In this document: piece after piece, positions 35,300-47,986 of the stretch
How the letters are laid out: the number at the start of each line of letters is the position of its first letter
How positions within the stretch are numbered: the first letter of the stretch is position 1
Source: Neovahlkampfia damariscottae
Taxonomy: Eukaryota
DNA: 64,000 nt
Direction of reading: 5' to 3'
NCBI GenBank assembly: GCA_016618085.1
Contig: JABLTG010000103.1
Location: forward strand, 1 to 64,000
Position numbers and translations under genes: made by a program
Notes under the pieces: generated by a model
What the model saw: only the letters and a program-made list of their open reading frames with translations
Database searches by the model: none
Told to the model about the DNA's origin: nothing

Positions 35300-38200
35300 T
35301 TATTGAATAAACTTCAATAATTGATCACACATTGGGTGTTTCAATCTTTTCAATGTTTCTTTAAAACTTTTTAATTCTAAAAACAATTTTCTCTTCTCCA
35401 TGAATTTCACAAATTGAAAGCCCAAAATAACAAAAAATTCTTCTCTTTCAACATCTATAAAATCAAAGAGATCATTTCCATCAGTTCTAAGACAAATTAA
35501 AAAAAGTTCTGTCATCATTATAATTGCATTTGTATTTGGTGATTTCAATTCAAAAGTGTCAATACAATACTGAATCCAATTTCCAAAATCTCCGTCACTA
35601 AATTTCTTTGGTAAATGAATTCTCAAAAAGAGTTTCATTAATTCTTCGTGAGTATTTCCTTTAAGATATGACATCAAAACAAGTGGAAGAATTTGATCTT
35701 TGACTAAAAAATCTTCCAATAAAGGAGGAAGAATTTGAACAAAAAATTCAACAGATCTATGAGAAATTCCTTTGAATGAATGATATGTATTCAAAACATT
35801 CATTTGTAATTTTTCATGTTCACTTTGATTTGTGTCCTGTGAATATAATGAAGCAATCACTAAATTCATAAACATGGCAAATCTTGATTTCTTTGCGATT
35901 TGATTCTCCAATTCAGGTCCATATTGAGTGAGAATTGGAATATAATTTGCATAATCTTTTGGGTTTACAATTTCATAACCCATGAATTTTTGTAAAAGAT
36001 TTCTTTCTGGTCTTGCAATGTTCACAGGAAAAATGTCTACTCTTTCACCAAAATCTGAATTTTTGATTTGTGTGTTTAGAATATCAACAAAAACTTTCAT
36101 CAACGAATTTTTCAATGTCAATTCAGAACCTGAATTTTGAATCAAACTTAAATCAGCAATAGAATAAATAATCTTTCTTTCAGTGGTTGACAATGAATAA
36201 TTATTGATTAAATGAATCAATGATTGATATATAGCATCAACAAGCTTCAATGGAGTATTAATATCTGCAATGGATCTCAAAAAATTAAAAAGTATTTTTG
36301 ATGTCAAATGATAAACAGATGCAACTCTATAATGATCAATTATAGATGTCATTAATTTGATAAATCTATAATGACTTGTTATTGTAATTTGCTCGTTAAG
36401 AATACCATTTATCAATGGTGTGATGATTGGAATTAAATCATTGATAATCTATGATGAAAATTAGATCATTGAGCACTTACTCCTTCAATTTGTAATACAT
36501 CTAATGTTGCTAAACATGCTGTTTCATGCATATATTTACTCTTGAAGTTTGTTACTAAAATATCAACTATAATCTTGTGTTTCTCAAAAGAACGGGCATA
36601 GTTTGCACATTTTGTTAAGATTCTTATTAAATACTTTCTCATAAATCTATCAGGATTTGAATCTAAAATAGATATCACTGATGCTTGTAACCATCCAAAT
36701 AATTGAAATTTTGTGGTGAATAATGAAATTGGAGATATTAGGACAATTTCTTTTCCTTTGAATTCTTTTGGAGTAATTTCAACTTTTTCTGAATGATTAA
36801 TCAAAATAATCAAAATAGAACGAAATAACTCTTTACATAATTCCTTATTATAATGTTTTTGGAGATGAATTAAGCGTTCTGAGAATTTAATGAATCCATT
36901 GAATAATGCTTGAGAGAAAGTTTTATCAACGAGCACATAACTGTCAGTGGAGATGAGATTGTGATGAATCAACAAATAATGCTTCATAGAATCTCTCAGA
37001 AATCCATCTGGTTTGATTTTTGATTTTCCTGTACGAGTTACCCTCTAAATCAAGATTGTTTAGAAAAATAAAACAAACCATCATTGAAATTAATTTTGTG
37101 AGTATTTTTAAGGAAACCAATTGTGATTGATTACATTCTTCATTACTGATCGATTGAAACAATTTATAGTATAAAATCCATAAAGCCTTGAATGTTGCAA
37201 CATCCAAAGGAACTGAACTTAAAAAAAATACTAAACGATTCATTTCATCAACATTGATGTTGTTTGAATCTAAAAAGAAATTGTACAACTCAATTCTATT
37301 TTGTTTTGCGATTTCAATTCCTAAATGAGTAAATTTATCTTTGAATAAATGAAGAAATGGAATTTTGTTTCCTAGTTGAGCTTTTGGAGATATTAAACGT
37401 AAAGTAGTGATCACAGGTTCTTTGATATGTGGTTCATTGATCAAATCTAAATAAAAACAACAAATAGAATGATTAACTGATTTCCAATCTGGGTCATCAT
37501 TTTTTATCATTTCTAAAACCATAATATTAAACTATCATTTGATTAAAAAATAGAATCTATTCTTACACTTAGTACAGTTTCAACTTGGGAAGCTGAAAGA
37601 TTCAAACCATTCTGAAATTCAGACATCAATTTTTCAAAAAATTCATACAACTTTTCAACAGTTAGTTTCATATTTACTTTATGTAATTCAACTAAACAAA
37701 GTGCAATCAGGTATCCATTTGTTGATTTGATTTCTTTCAAATATGACACCATTTTTTCAACCACATATTCAAGATAGAATTTCATAATTTTGTCATTTTT
37801 TATTTTTGGAATTGCATTTGCAACAAAACGTAAATCAACATGATCAATAATCTTTTCAAGTATAACTGGATTACAAGATGATAAAAAATAATCTAAATAT
37901 TTGTATCCGTTAGATTCTTTTATATGGTTCAAAATCACATCAGAACTTGCTTCATTCAATGATTTCTCATTCAAATTTTCCAAATCTTTTGAATTTATTT
38001 TTTCATCCATCAGATGGATTTTATAACTTGATTGATTTTTTGAATCTTTTTTGATCATCAATAAAGCAGATTCTTGAAGTACTCTTTTACGAATTTTTAA
38101 ACGATCTAAATTACGTTCAATTGCATCAAAAAGAATTGGTGAAGGTTTTCCATTTTTTAGAACATTTGAAACAGCTCTAGCGTTTTTATCATTCAATTCA

Positions 38201-41200
38201 GTATCAAGAAATGAAACAAGTCCATCATAAACAATTCGATTTTGACATAATTTCAAAAAATCTTTGGTCTCCCTCATATCAACGTTTGCACTGAGAATAA
38301 TGAGTTTTAAATGATAATGCTTACATAAGTCTTCTCCAAAATGATTTGTTCGTATGATTTGATTTCAATTCATAATTTTTCATTAATAAGTAAATGAAAC
38401 AGAAATAAGAAAAGAAATTGATAATAAAATCTTGGTGACATTCTTCTTCTTTTTCAAATCTAAGGAATACATTAATGAGAGCAATGTTCTTACATTTCAC
38501 AAAAATAATCAATGACTATCTCAGCAAATTCATTGTTTTTGCATCCATAAACTACACAAAGTTCAATGATTTGAAGATATAATGTAATGTTATAATGGAA
38601 TCTCTTTGAAATGTTCAATAATTTTGAAAAGAGTTTCACACCTTCTTCAGCTTGAAATTCAGTGATCAAAGAAATAGATGTGATTAATTCTTCAATCATA
38701 TGTGACAACAACTCCAAAGAAATGTTTGAAATATTTGAAATCATTTGATTCAACAAAATACTAAATTTATCTTCAGAGATACAGTAAGAGTTGTTAAGTA
38801 ATTTCATGATCAAAAATAAATGAAGGTTTGATAAATTTTGATTCCAATTTGTTGACTTCCACAATTTCATAACTTTATCTTTACTTGGAGACAACAAATC
38901 AATGAAATCTATCACATCTTCTTCTTCTTCCCATTGATATTCTAAAAAGTGATCCATCAATGTATTGGACAGGAGAGTATATTGTTTGAAATCATTTATC
39001 AATTTCAAAGTGTATAACAATTCAACGAACGGTCTGATACCTACGCTATTCATGTATTTCAAATAAATAGGGAATATCTCTTGTTGAACTTGATCATTCT
39101 TTTTGAAACTTTGAATCAAAATTGGAGTATAGTTATTTAATGATTGAGGATTTTCAGAAATTCCTTCAGTAATTTTCAAAATAACTGAGTTATTTGTGAG
39201 TTGTGGTGGAATGAATTGGATTTGATATTTCAAATTTGCCAAAAGTTCAACATGATCTCTGTTGGATGTTTCCAATAACACTTCATATTCTTGTTCTTTA
39301 ATCAACAATAGTAAATGTTGTAAGAATGATTTATCACGATTTGAGTGCTTTGGAAAATATTAACAAATAAAATTCAAACTCCAATATTGACTAAATCAAT
39401 CATCAATTTCATCATTGCTGAATTCAAATCCTTTGAAATTGATAAATCAAATGATTTAATTTCTTCAACAAATATTTCTTCCATCTCTTGCAATATCTTT
39501 AAAAGTGCAGGTTCTTCCAATTTTTCAGATAAAAAAAAAGAAATAGAATTTGATCTACTGACAGTACTAACAAACTTTTTTGTCAAACTAAGGTATTCAA
39601 AAACATCTAAAAAGTTAATTTTCTGAACAAGTTACTGATATTTTCAAAGTCACATATTTTTTTCTTTTGTTCTTGTTTCTTTTCTTCACTTCCAAAAATT
39701 TTGTTGAACAATTCATGTAAACATTGAATTCCTGAAATTCTATCATATTTCAAATGATTCAAGACTTGTTCAATGATGTTTGAATATTTAGAAATGATTA
39801 AATCAATATCACCAACTTCAATCACTTTTTTCAAAGTTAATAAAAGTGAAGTTCTTAATTGTTCGATTTTGTCATCCTCTGAAAATTTTGATGTAAAATT
39901 TTGAAATGAAGTCTTCAAAATTCCATAATGTTTTTCATAATTTCTTCTCATAAATACTTCATTCCAGTTAGTTTTATCCATATCATGATTCGAATTCAAT
40001 CGAAATTCATTCAACAAATTCATTATAAAGAGAATATATTTTAGAACATGATCTGTTCTTGATTCACAAAAGAATAAACGAATATTGTTGATGGTTTGAA
40101 TTTGTGAACTTAAATCATAAGAATTTTCTTTGAACCTTAAAAAATCAATCATTTCATCAACAATTTCTTCTGAATAATCTTTAATAATCATTGAATATTT
40201 TTCACCAGCTAAAATTAGAAATTTCAAAAATCCATCAACTTTTGATTTTTCTGAGATTTTTAATTGATTTAAAATAAGATTTATGATTGTTGATAGATTT
40301 TTAACTTCTCTATCTGTTGTCAAATCATTTTTTTTTTCAGAAATCATTCTTTGAAAAGTGATGATTTCGGCTTCTTTTTTCAAAACCAAAACTGGAAGAA
40401 TTTCAATTAACGTTTCAGCTGCTTCTTCTCTAACACGATAATCATCATCTTGTAAATCACTCATTATTTTCTTTAAAATAATTTGATTCAGATTTGATTG
40501 TTGCTTTTGATAATATTCAATGACTGTATAATCAAAACCGGCCAATAATTGCAAAATTTGTACTTTGACACTCCAAAAACTATTCTTAAAATCAATAAAC
40601 TTCAAGATGTAATAGGATATTTTCCATCGTTGAGATGGTAAATGAATACAAAGGGGAAGGAAAATTCCAAACGCTTGGATGATCATTTTAATTCCAAGAG
40701 AATTTGGTTCATTTTCCAAACAATTAAACATCTCATTGATCATATTGTCAAGAGGAATAGTTGGTAAACTCTTTTTTGGAACCTTTTTATATGTCAATTG
40801 TAGAGAAATTGAATCTATTTTCGGATTCATTTTCACGAGTATTTTTTCTTCTTCTTCATGTGATACTTTAATTATTTCTTTGATATATGCTGATATAATA
40901 GTTCCACATAATATTGCATTCTTTCCTCTAATTGTATAATCCTCATTTTTAAATAATTCCATCATTTGGGGAACTAAAATAGTTTTAGAATTTTTAATTA
41001 TCGATACCATGGTGACTTATTGATGAAAGTATTCCATGGGTATCATAAACCCGGGTTATAATATCCAAAGCATCTGATTTATTCATTACTATTTTATTAT
41101 TTTGAGCAATTTCGAAAATTTGTTCAATCAAAGAAGAATGTGCTTTGACATCTATTGGTAATGTGAAAATTGAATTCAGAGCCATTAAACAGCAAGAAAG

Positions 41201-42141
41201 GTATTTTTCATCTTCAAAAATATATTTTTCAATGATTCTAAAACTCAAATTCGAAAATATTTGAATCAAATCTTCGTTCCCTTTTTTCTTGCTTTTTTCA
41301 ACAATCAATGGTGTTAAATTTGAAAACACGATTAAACAACCATCGACAGATTCATAAGAAGTACTTAATAATTAACAGAATTAATAAAAAAAATACCAAG
41401 TTTTCATTAAATTAGTACAGAAAAGTTCAATATTCCCAGAATGATGATATTTGTATATATAATACACAATTTTGGATGTATTTCTTCTGATTTGTCTTAC
41501 ATCATCCCTTATCAAACTTAATAAGTTCAGTAGTAATTTTTCAAAATGTTCAGCTGTGAAATAATTTCCGAGATTTTCCAAAATTTTTGGCAACCTAACC
41601 ATCAAAATGTGCTATTTTTTTTGTTAATTTTTTTCTAAAGATTACGATAGTAGTTTGTTTTCTTTCTTTAAATAACAGCAAACATTGTGAAACTAAAGTT
41701 TCAACGTAAATATGCACCTTCAAAGATGTTACGAATTCACAAACAAATGAGAAATTGGTTAAAGCAGAATCTGTTGTTTCTCCTTGGATTAATCCTATTA
41801 AAGAAGTCAAAATTTGATCTGAGTATAAATGAATGAAAACCTTTTTGTTAAAAAATTATTTGAAATTTACTTTTAAGAATTTTTGAAGTTTTTCTTCGGC
41901 TACTACCCTAACTCTTCCACTTTTATGACTCGCAGTTTGAACTAAATACTTTACAACTATGGATGTGTAAAATGATTGATGTTTTTCATTTCTAATTTTT
42001 TTGGTAAGATTTTTATTTTTAAATTTACGAATTATCGTTTTTGAAAAAATTGGAAATAAAGTTACATGCTTTGATCAATTCTTCTTCATTATTTGACGTT
42101 TTTAAAACTTCTATTTCAGATTGTAAAGCAACATCAGTCAT
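35300..42141 (-). CDS. HTT: Huntingtin homologue (HEAT-repeat solenoid, about 2,100 aa)
   Basis: Colinear HTT-like blocks: RVRVVAEEKL, PKILENLGNY..IRRNTS, IRGKNAILCGTII, SFWSVKVQILQLLAGFDY, LQDDDYRVREEAAETL, ILPPLLEDFL..QIL; about a dozen tiny introns. Confidence 0.85.
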
Positions 42142-42219
42142 GGTTTGTTCAACAGTCCAATGATTGGTTTTTATTTCTTTGGAATGTGATTGGAAAGAAA
42201 AATCTTGTAAAATAAAAAT

Positions 42220-43766
42220 TTATTTTCCAATACAAAATTCTGAAAAAACTACATCTAAAATTTCTTCCAAGTCGATTTCACCTGTTATTTTTCCTAACCA
42301 ATAACTTGCTTCTCTGAGGTACTCTATTGAAACATCCACGTGTAATTTAAACTGTTCGAACAATTCAATATTTTCTAAACATTTATTAAGACATTCTCGA
42401 TGTCTTGATCTGGTGATAATTACATCTTCAGAGGTCAATCTTTTGGATTTTAGACAAATCAAATATTGTTACTTATTTTTAACTTGATTTGTGATTTCAT
42501 TCAATAAATGGTCAATTCCAATAGATTCTTTACATGAAATTTTGTAATAATTTTCTTCATTATTTCCATTTTCCTCTTGATTGATTAAATCAATCTTATT
42601 GGTTATATGAAGTACATCTTTCTTTCCCAAATCTATTTCCGAATATGAATCATTTTTGTCATTTGCATCTTTAATCAATAAAATTAGATCCGAGTCTTCA
42701 ACTCTTTTTTTTTTTAATTTGTTTTTTTTCTTACTTTTTGAGTGCTCTCTTTACTCCTTCTTTTTCTATTGGATCATTGGATTCTCTTATACCAGCAGTA
42801 TCATATAAAATCACTGGAAATCCATCTAAATTCAAGTGAATTTCTACAACATCTCTTGTGGTTCCAGCTATTTCACTGACGATTGCAACATCTCTTTTTG
42901 CAATCAAATTTAACAAACTTACATGAAATTCAAAATGAAGAAATTATACCTTGATTTACCAGAATTTGGTTTACCTGATTAAAAATTAATTATATTGAAA
43001 AAATCACCAATCAATGAGATTTGAAATCCATTTCTAATTTGTTCACCTTTTTTTTCATCCATTAAAATTCCGTTGATTTCATTCATCATACAGTGCAATT
43101 TAGGCATGACTAAAGATCAATTAATTCAAGAAATTATTCACCATTTTTGAAAACATCTTCATTAATATCATAATCATCTCCAAAATCAACAAGTGCTGTC
43201 ATATGAGCCATACAAAATATTAAATCTTTTCTCCATTCTGCTACAACATTACTCAATTTACCATTCATCTGATTCAATGCTTGTTTTCTTTGTTCGCTTG
43301 TTTCTGCGTGTATCAAATCTGCAAGACCTTCTGCTTGTGTGATATCCATTTTTCCATTCAAAAAAGCCTTTTTTGAAAACTCTCCGGCTTCAGCCATTCT
43401 AAAACCTTGTATTGATGACAGTGCTGAAATTACATCTGTCAAGACAGCTCTGCCACCATGTAAACCAATTTCAACAACATCTTCACCTGTGAAACTGCTT
43501 GGAGATTTATAATAAACTAAAATTGAATCATCTAATGGCTCTTTAGTTTCAGGATGTACTATTCTTCTGAGAACAGATTTTCTGGCTTCTGGAATTTTTG
43601 AATTTTTTGTCATTTTTTTGAAGACTTCAGTTGAAAGAGGACCAGAAACACGAACCATGGAAACAGCTGATTTCACTAAATTTCCTGTTGTCAATGCGTA
43701 TATAGTATCTGAACGACTGGTTGAATAAGAAGATTCAAACTTCAATTTTTTCACAAACTTTTTCAT
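42220..43766 (-). CDS. GTPBP3: Mitochondrial tRNA modification GTPase MnmE/TrmE (GTPBP3/MSS1)
   Basis: [46 protein letters not shown] (on a microexon), [26 protein letters not shown]. Confidence 0.96.
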
Positions 43767-43901
43767 CTTCAAAGAAAATTCTACCAATGAAATACCTTTG
43801 AAGAAATTGTAATTTATTTCTTAATAATTTCCAAACATGGAGAAAAAAAAGTCAAAGTAAAATTCCAACAAACATCTCCTCCAATTATTTTCATCCATCA
43901 C

Positions 43902-45818
43902 ATGAACCCAAAGTTTGTCCTCAAAGATGCTGTGTTTGATTACATTCGCCACAATTCACAAAGAGTTTCATTAAAAGAAATGAGAATTTCAATTGAACAG
44001 AAATACGGAGTAGATTTATATAACTCCAAGAATGAAATAAAAAAATATATTTCAGAAGCACAACAAATTGCACAGAGCAATATTTCCAAACCACAAAAGC
44101 AAACACAAAAAAAACCCGAAAAAGTAGTTAAAAAAGAAAAAAAAAGAAAAAATGAAGAACCAGAAACAAAACAGAAAAAACTTCAAAAAACTTCAAAAAA
44201 TGAAACAAGTCCACAATCTGAATCACCAGGTTTTTCAACAAAGAAATTTGATTTTTTGGAAGAAAAGGTATCAATTCCACAGTTTTATCCAATGAACAGT
44301 TCTAGGGCTCAAAAATGTATAAGACATCCTAGTACAGATTCTATCAAGTTTTGTATGAAAGATTTAATGCCTATTTGTTCAGTTTGTGTCACAGACCACA
44401 AAGAACATACTGTAGTATCAATAGAAGATGCTACTTTCAAAATGAAATCAAAACTTAGAGAACTAGATTTGAAGAAAATTCGAGTTGATTTCGAATGCAA
44501 AGAATTAGAAATTCAAAAAACAATTGATGCTTTGGAAGAACAAAAAAAAAATTTAAAAGATTATCAAAAAGTGGTTGATGATACTTATAAAATAATCGAT
44601 TCACCTGCGAATATAGAAAATATTACCAATTTTATCAAATTTTGGGAATCTGATTGCAGAGATTTTGCATCAAAGAGATTATACTCAATTGATGCCTATG
44701 ATGAAAATTCAGTTGTGAAAGAAGTAGAAAGATTCATGAACTCAAAAATACAACTTGTTAAATCCGGTTTCCATCATACTTTCGTTCTTTGTGGTTTGTT
44801 ATTTCTATATTAATTTTTTCTAGAAAATAAAGTTTTTGCAACTGGAATCAACAATGATGGTCAGTTGGGAATTGGGAATTGGGAAAAACAAAAAGATTTT
44901 GTTGAAGTAAAAATACCTGGTGATCATATTGTATCAAAAATTGCATGTGGAAGTTTTCATACAATGCTACTGACAGGTTAAAAAAAAAAATTTTTAACAC
45001 CAAAAAGAGACTGGGAAGTTGTTTGTTTGTGGAAATAATAAATATGGACAACTTGGTATTGGAAATAACAAAAACCAAAAATCATTTCAAGAATTGATAA
45101 TTGCGAATGAAGTAATTCTTAATATCGCTGCAGGAGCTAATTTCTCCGTCGTAGTGACTGGTAAAATTTTCTCTCAATTAAATTATTACAAAGCCACAAA
45201 AGTGTATTCTTTTGGTTATAATTCATCTGGAAGACTCGGTTTGGGCGATACAAATGACAGAAATGTTCCAACTGAAATTGTTCAATTACAAAACAAAAAG
45301 ATCAAACAAATTTCATTGGGACATATGCATTGTCTTGCTCTTTGTGGTATATAATTAAATATTAACTCATTTTAGATGATGGAGAAGTGCTTGGTTGGGG
45401 TTCTAACAAACATTCTCAACTTGGTTTCAAAGAACCAACTGATGACTTATTGACACCTTTCATAATGTTGAATGAGACTAATATTAACCAAGTGAGTGCT
45501 GGTGAAGACTTTAGTATTCTGTTGGTTGATGACATGGTTTATATGACAGATCAAAATTTGCCATCAACTGAAGCTTTTACTTTCAAAAAAATTGAAAAAT
45601 TGACTCATGTGGTCAAGATTGACGCAATTGGAAAACATTTTATTGTTTTAACAGGTAACATGACTTCGAATTTTGTTGATATTTAATGAATAGCAAATGG
45701 AAAAATTTGTTTATGGGGTGAAAAAGGTCCAAGAATGATCGAAACTGTGTACAATGTTCTTGATGTTGTTTGTGGTAAAAAAGACACTTATATCGTGACT
45801 GAAGCAAATAAATACTGA
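43902..45818 (+). CDS. DEK-C domain, B-box, coiled coil and RCC1-repeat protein
   Basis: SLKEMRISIEQKYGVDL..K.EIK..I (DEK-C); CIRH...FCMKD..PICSVC..DHKEH (B-box); GNNKYGQLGIG, GYNSSGRLGLG (RCC1); about 5 introns. Confidence 0.8.
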
Positions 45819-45917
45819 ATTTCAAAAATCGTCATAGTGAGAAATAATTCTCCTAAATTAGTTATGTTTCGGTGAAATTGTGATTGGCTAGGAAAAATAG
45901 GAAATTTTCATTTGGAC

Positions 45918-46733
45918 ATGAAAACAAAAACAAAAATTGGAGTTGGAGTGACAATTGGAATCACATCAATTCTTCTGTTGACCTTTTTATGTATACTTTT
46001 AGCATTGTTTGCATTTTTATTGACAGTTGTAATTGTGATGATTGTTTTTTCTATTCCTATTGCACCTACTGCTGAAGCGCTCCGATTGATACAAGGTGAT
46101 TCTACCATTAAAGTGGAGTACAAAAATAATTGGTGGATATTTTCAAATAGAAATGTAACCAAGGATGGTGGATTAATTTTTTATCCTGGAGGAAGAATTG
46201 ATCCAAGAGCTTACGCACCTTTGTTACATAACATTAGCTCAATGACAGGATATTCTTGTTATTTAACTCAATTTCCTTTTCACACTTCATTCTTTGGTAT
46301 TTTCAATGCTGACACAGCACTGAACGAAGTATCTCCAAATACAACTCAATGGGTTATATCTGGTCATTCTTTAGGTGGAACGGGTGTTTCTTATTACATG
46401 GATGACGTAATTAAAAAACCTTCAAAAAATCGAAACAAAATCAAAGGTGCTATTTTCTATGCATCTTATTCTATCACAGATATCCGCAGTTTTACAAACG
46501 AAGTTCTATTGATGTATGGGTCAAGAGATGGACAAATTGGTTATGAGTCCAGGTTTCGTGATACTGTTCCAAAAAATAGCACAGTTTACATTATTCAAGG
46601 TGGAAATCACAAACAATTTGGATCATATGTTGAAAAAAATATTGAAGATTTTGATGCAACAATATCTGAACAACAACAAAGGTTAATAATTGCAAACCAA
46701 ACGAGTTACTATTTCAATACAGTTTTCAACTAA
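45918..46733 (+). CDS. Membrane-anchored alpha/beta-hydrolase (Abhydrolase_5-like)
   Basis: GLIFYPGGRIDPRAYAPL, GHSLGG, GSRDG, GGNHKQFGSY; N-terminal TM; intronless. Confidence 0.88.
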   Translation: MKTKTKIGVGVTIGITSILLLTFLCILLALFAFLLTVVIVMIVFSIPIAPTAEALRLIQGDSTIKVEYKNNWWIFSNRNVTKDGGLIFYPGGRIDPRAYAPLLHNISSMTGYSCYLTQFPFHTSFFGIFNADTALNEVSPNTTQWVISGHSLGGTGVSYYMDDVIKKPSKNRNKIKGAIFYASYSITDIRSFTNEVLLMYGSRDGQIGYESRFRDTVPKNSTVYIIQGGNHKQFGSYVEKNIEDFDATISEQQQRLIIANQTSYYFNTVFN

Positions 46734-46958
46734 AAATTAAACCAAATAAATTTTACCAACAATTTTCGACATTTAATCACTTTTTGAACTCAAAGAACAT
46801 TTTGTCAAAATATTTTGACAAATAATTTTATGCTTTATTTTCAACAAATATCCTTTTCATGCAGTTTATGATGTCAAGTTTGTTGAAAAAAGAAACGATA
46901 AATATCTCAAAATTGGACCAATCATTTGTCGAAATCTCTAAATCAGAACCAGCAACAG

Positions 46959-47278
46959 ATGAACAAACTTTTCCTCATTTTAATCGTACTTTTTGCAATA
47001 TGCACTTTTGCAAGACTTTCAACTTAGAAAATGAAGAAGATTATGAATACTCAATGGGCTTAGCTAAATCACCAGGATCAAGAAACAATAGAGGCTCAAA
47101 ACGTGCAAAATCTGCACCAAAATCAGTATATGGAAACCAAAAACGTTCAGGAAAGGCCTCAGAATCATCACCAAAAAAAGTTCAAGCAAAAAAACCAGAA
47201 CACAAGCATTCCAAAAATGAAGAATCAAAATCAGCTACAACTGAAGCTTATGCAGCTCCTACAAGGATAAACAGATAA
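46959..47278 (+). pseudogene. Small secreted acidic/basic protein, paralogue of 47599-47937, with a 1-nt frameshift (pseudogene or sequence error)
   Basis: ATG 46959 gives signal peptide MNKLFLILIVLFAICTFA, then TAG at 47025. One extra A near 47012 joins it to KTFNLENEEDYEY...KSATTEAYAAP. Confidence 0.7.
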
Positions 47279-47598
47279 ATATTTCTGCAAAACAGAAATC
47301 AATAAACTTTAACTATTGATGAATTTCAAGCAATAGAATTTTTCAAAGAACAAAATTCTAAAACGGGAAGGCTTTTGCAAATCTTGAAAGGAAAATTTCC
47401 AAATTGGATTTCCAGGAGTTTTAAATTCAAATTCGGAAACTCTTCAGATTTTCTTGTAAATGACTGTGTTGTGGAAGAAACTTCAGAATTTTAGCAAAAG
47501 TGAACAAATTTGTTGTTGCACAATTTGAACGTACATGGTTGGTTTGTTTTAAGAATCTCAACTTGAGCCAATCACTTTTTTTCATCAATCAACGGAAA

Positions 47599-47937
47599 AT
47601 GAACAAACTCTGCATTGTGTTAATTGCTCTTTTAGTTCTTTGTGCTTTTTCAAGAGGCTCAGACATTTTTGAATTTGAAGAAGAATATGATCACTCACTT
47701 GATTACATGCCACAAATCTTGGAAAATGAAAATATAATGAGCAGACCAAGACCAAAATCTGCAGGAAAAGGTGCTGAGTCAAGACCAAAAGCAAAATCTG
47801 CTGGAAAAGGTGCTGAGTCAAGACCAAAATCTGCTGGAAAAGGTGCTGAGTCAAAACCAAAATCTGCTGGAAAAGGTGCTAAGTCAAGACCAAAATCAGC
47901 TACAACTGAAGAATTTGCTCAACCAAATGAATACTAA
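47599..47937 (+). CDS. Small secreted protein (112 aa): signal peptide, acidic segment, basic tandem repeats
   Basis: MNKLCIVLIALLVLCAFS; DIFEFEEEYD; four [RK]PKSAGKGA[EK]-type units; KSATTEEF. Confidence 0.8.
   Translation: MNKLCIVLIALLVLCAFSRGSDIFEFEEEYDHSLDYMPQILENENIMSRPRPKSAGKGAESRPKAKSAGKGAESRPKSAGKGAESKPKSAGKGAKSRPKSATTEEFAQPNEY
47740..47900 (+). repeat. Coding tandem repeat, 33-bp unit, about 4.5 copies
   Basis: tcaagaccaaaatctgctggaaaaggtgctgag repeated with few substitutions and one 6-nt insertion. Confidence 0.92.
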
Positions 47938-47986
47938 AGTATTCATAAAATAAACTAATTTAGTTACGAAAAATCAAAATTAATTT

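Noticed and set aside
47740..47900. 33-bp repeats as a CRISPR array
   Set aside because: Head-to-tail, no spacers, in-frame coding, eukaryotic context, no cas genes.
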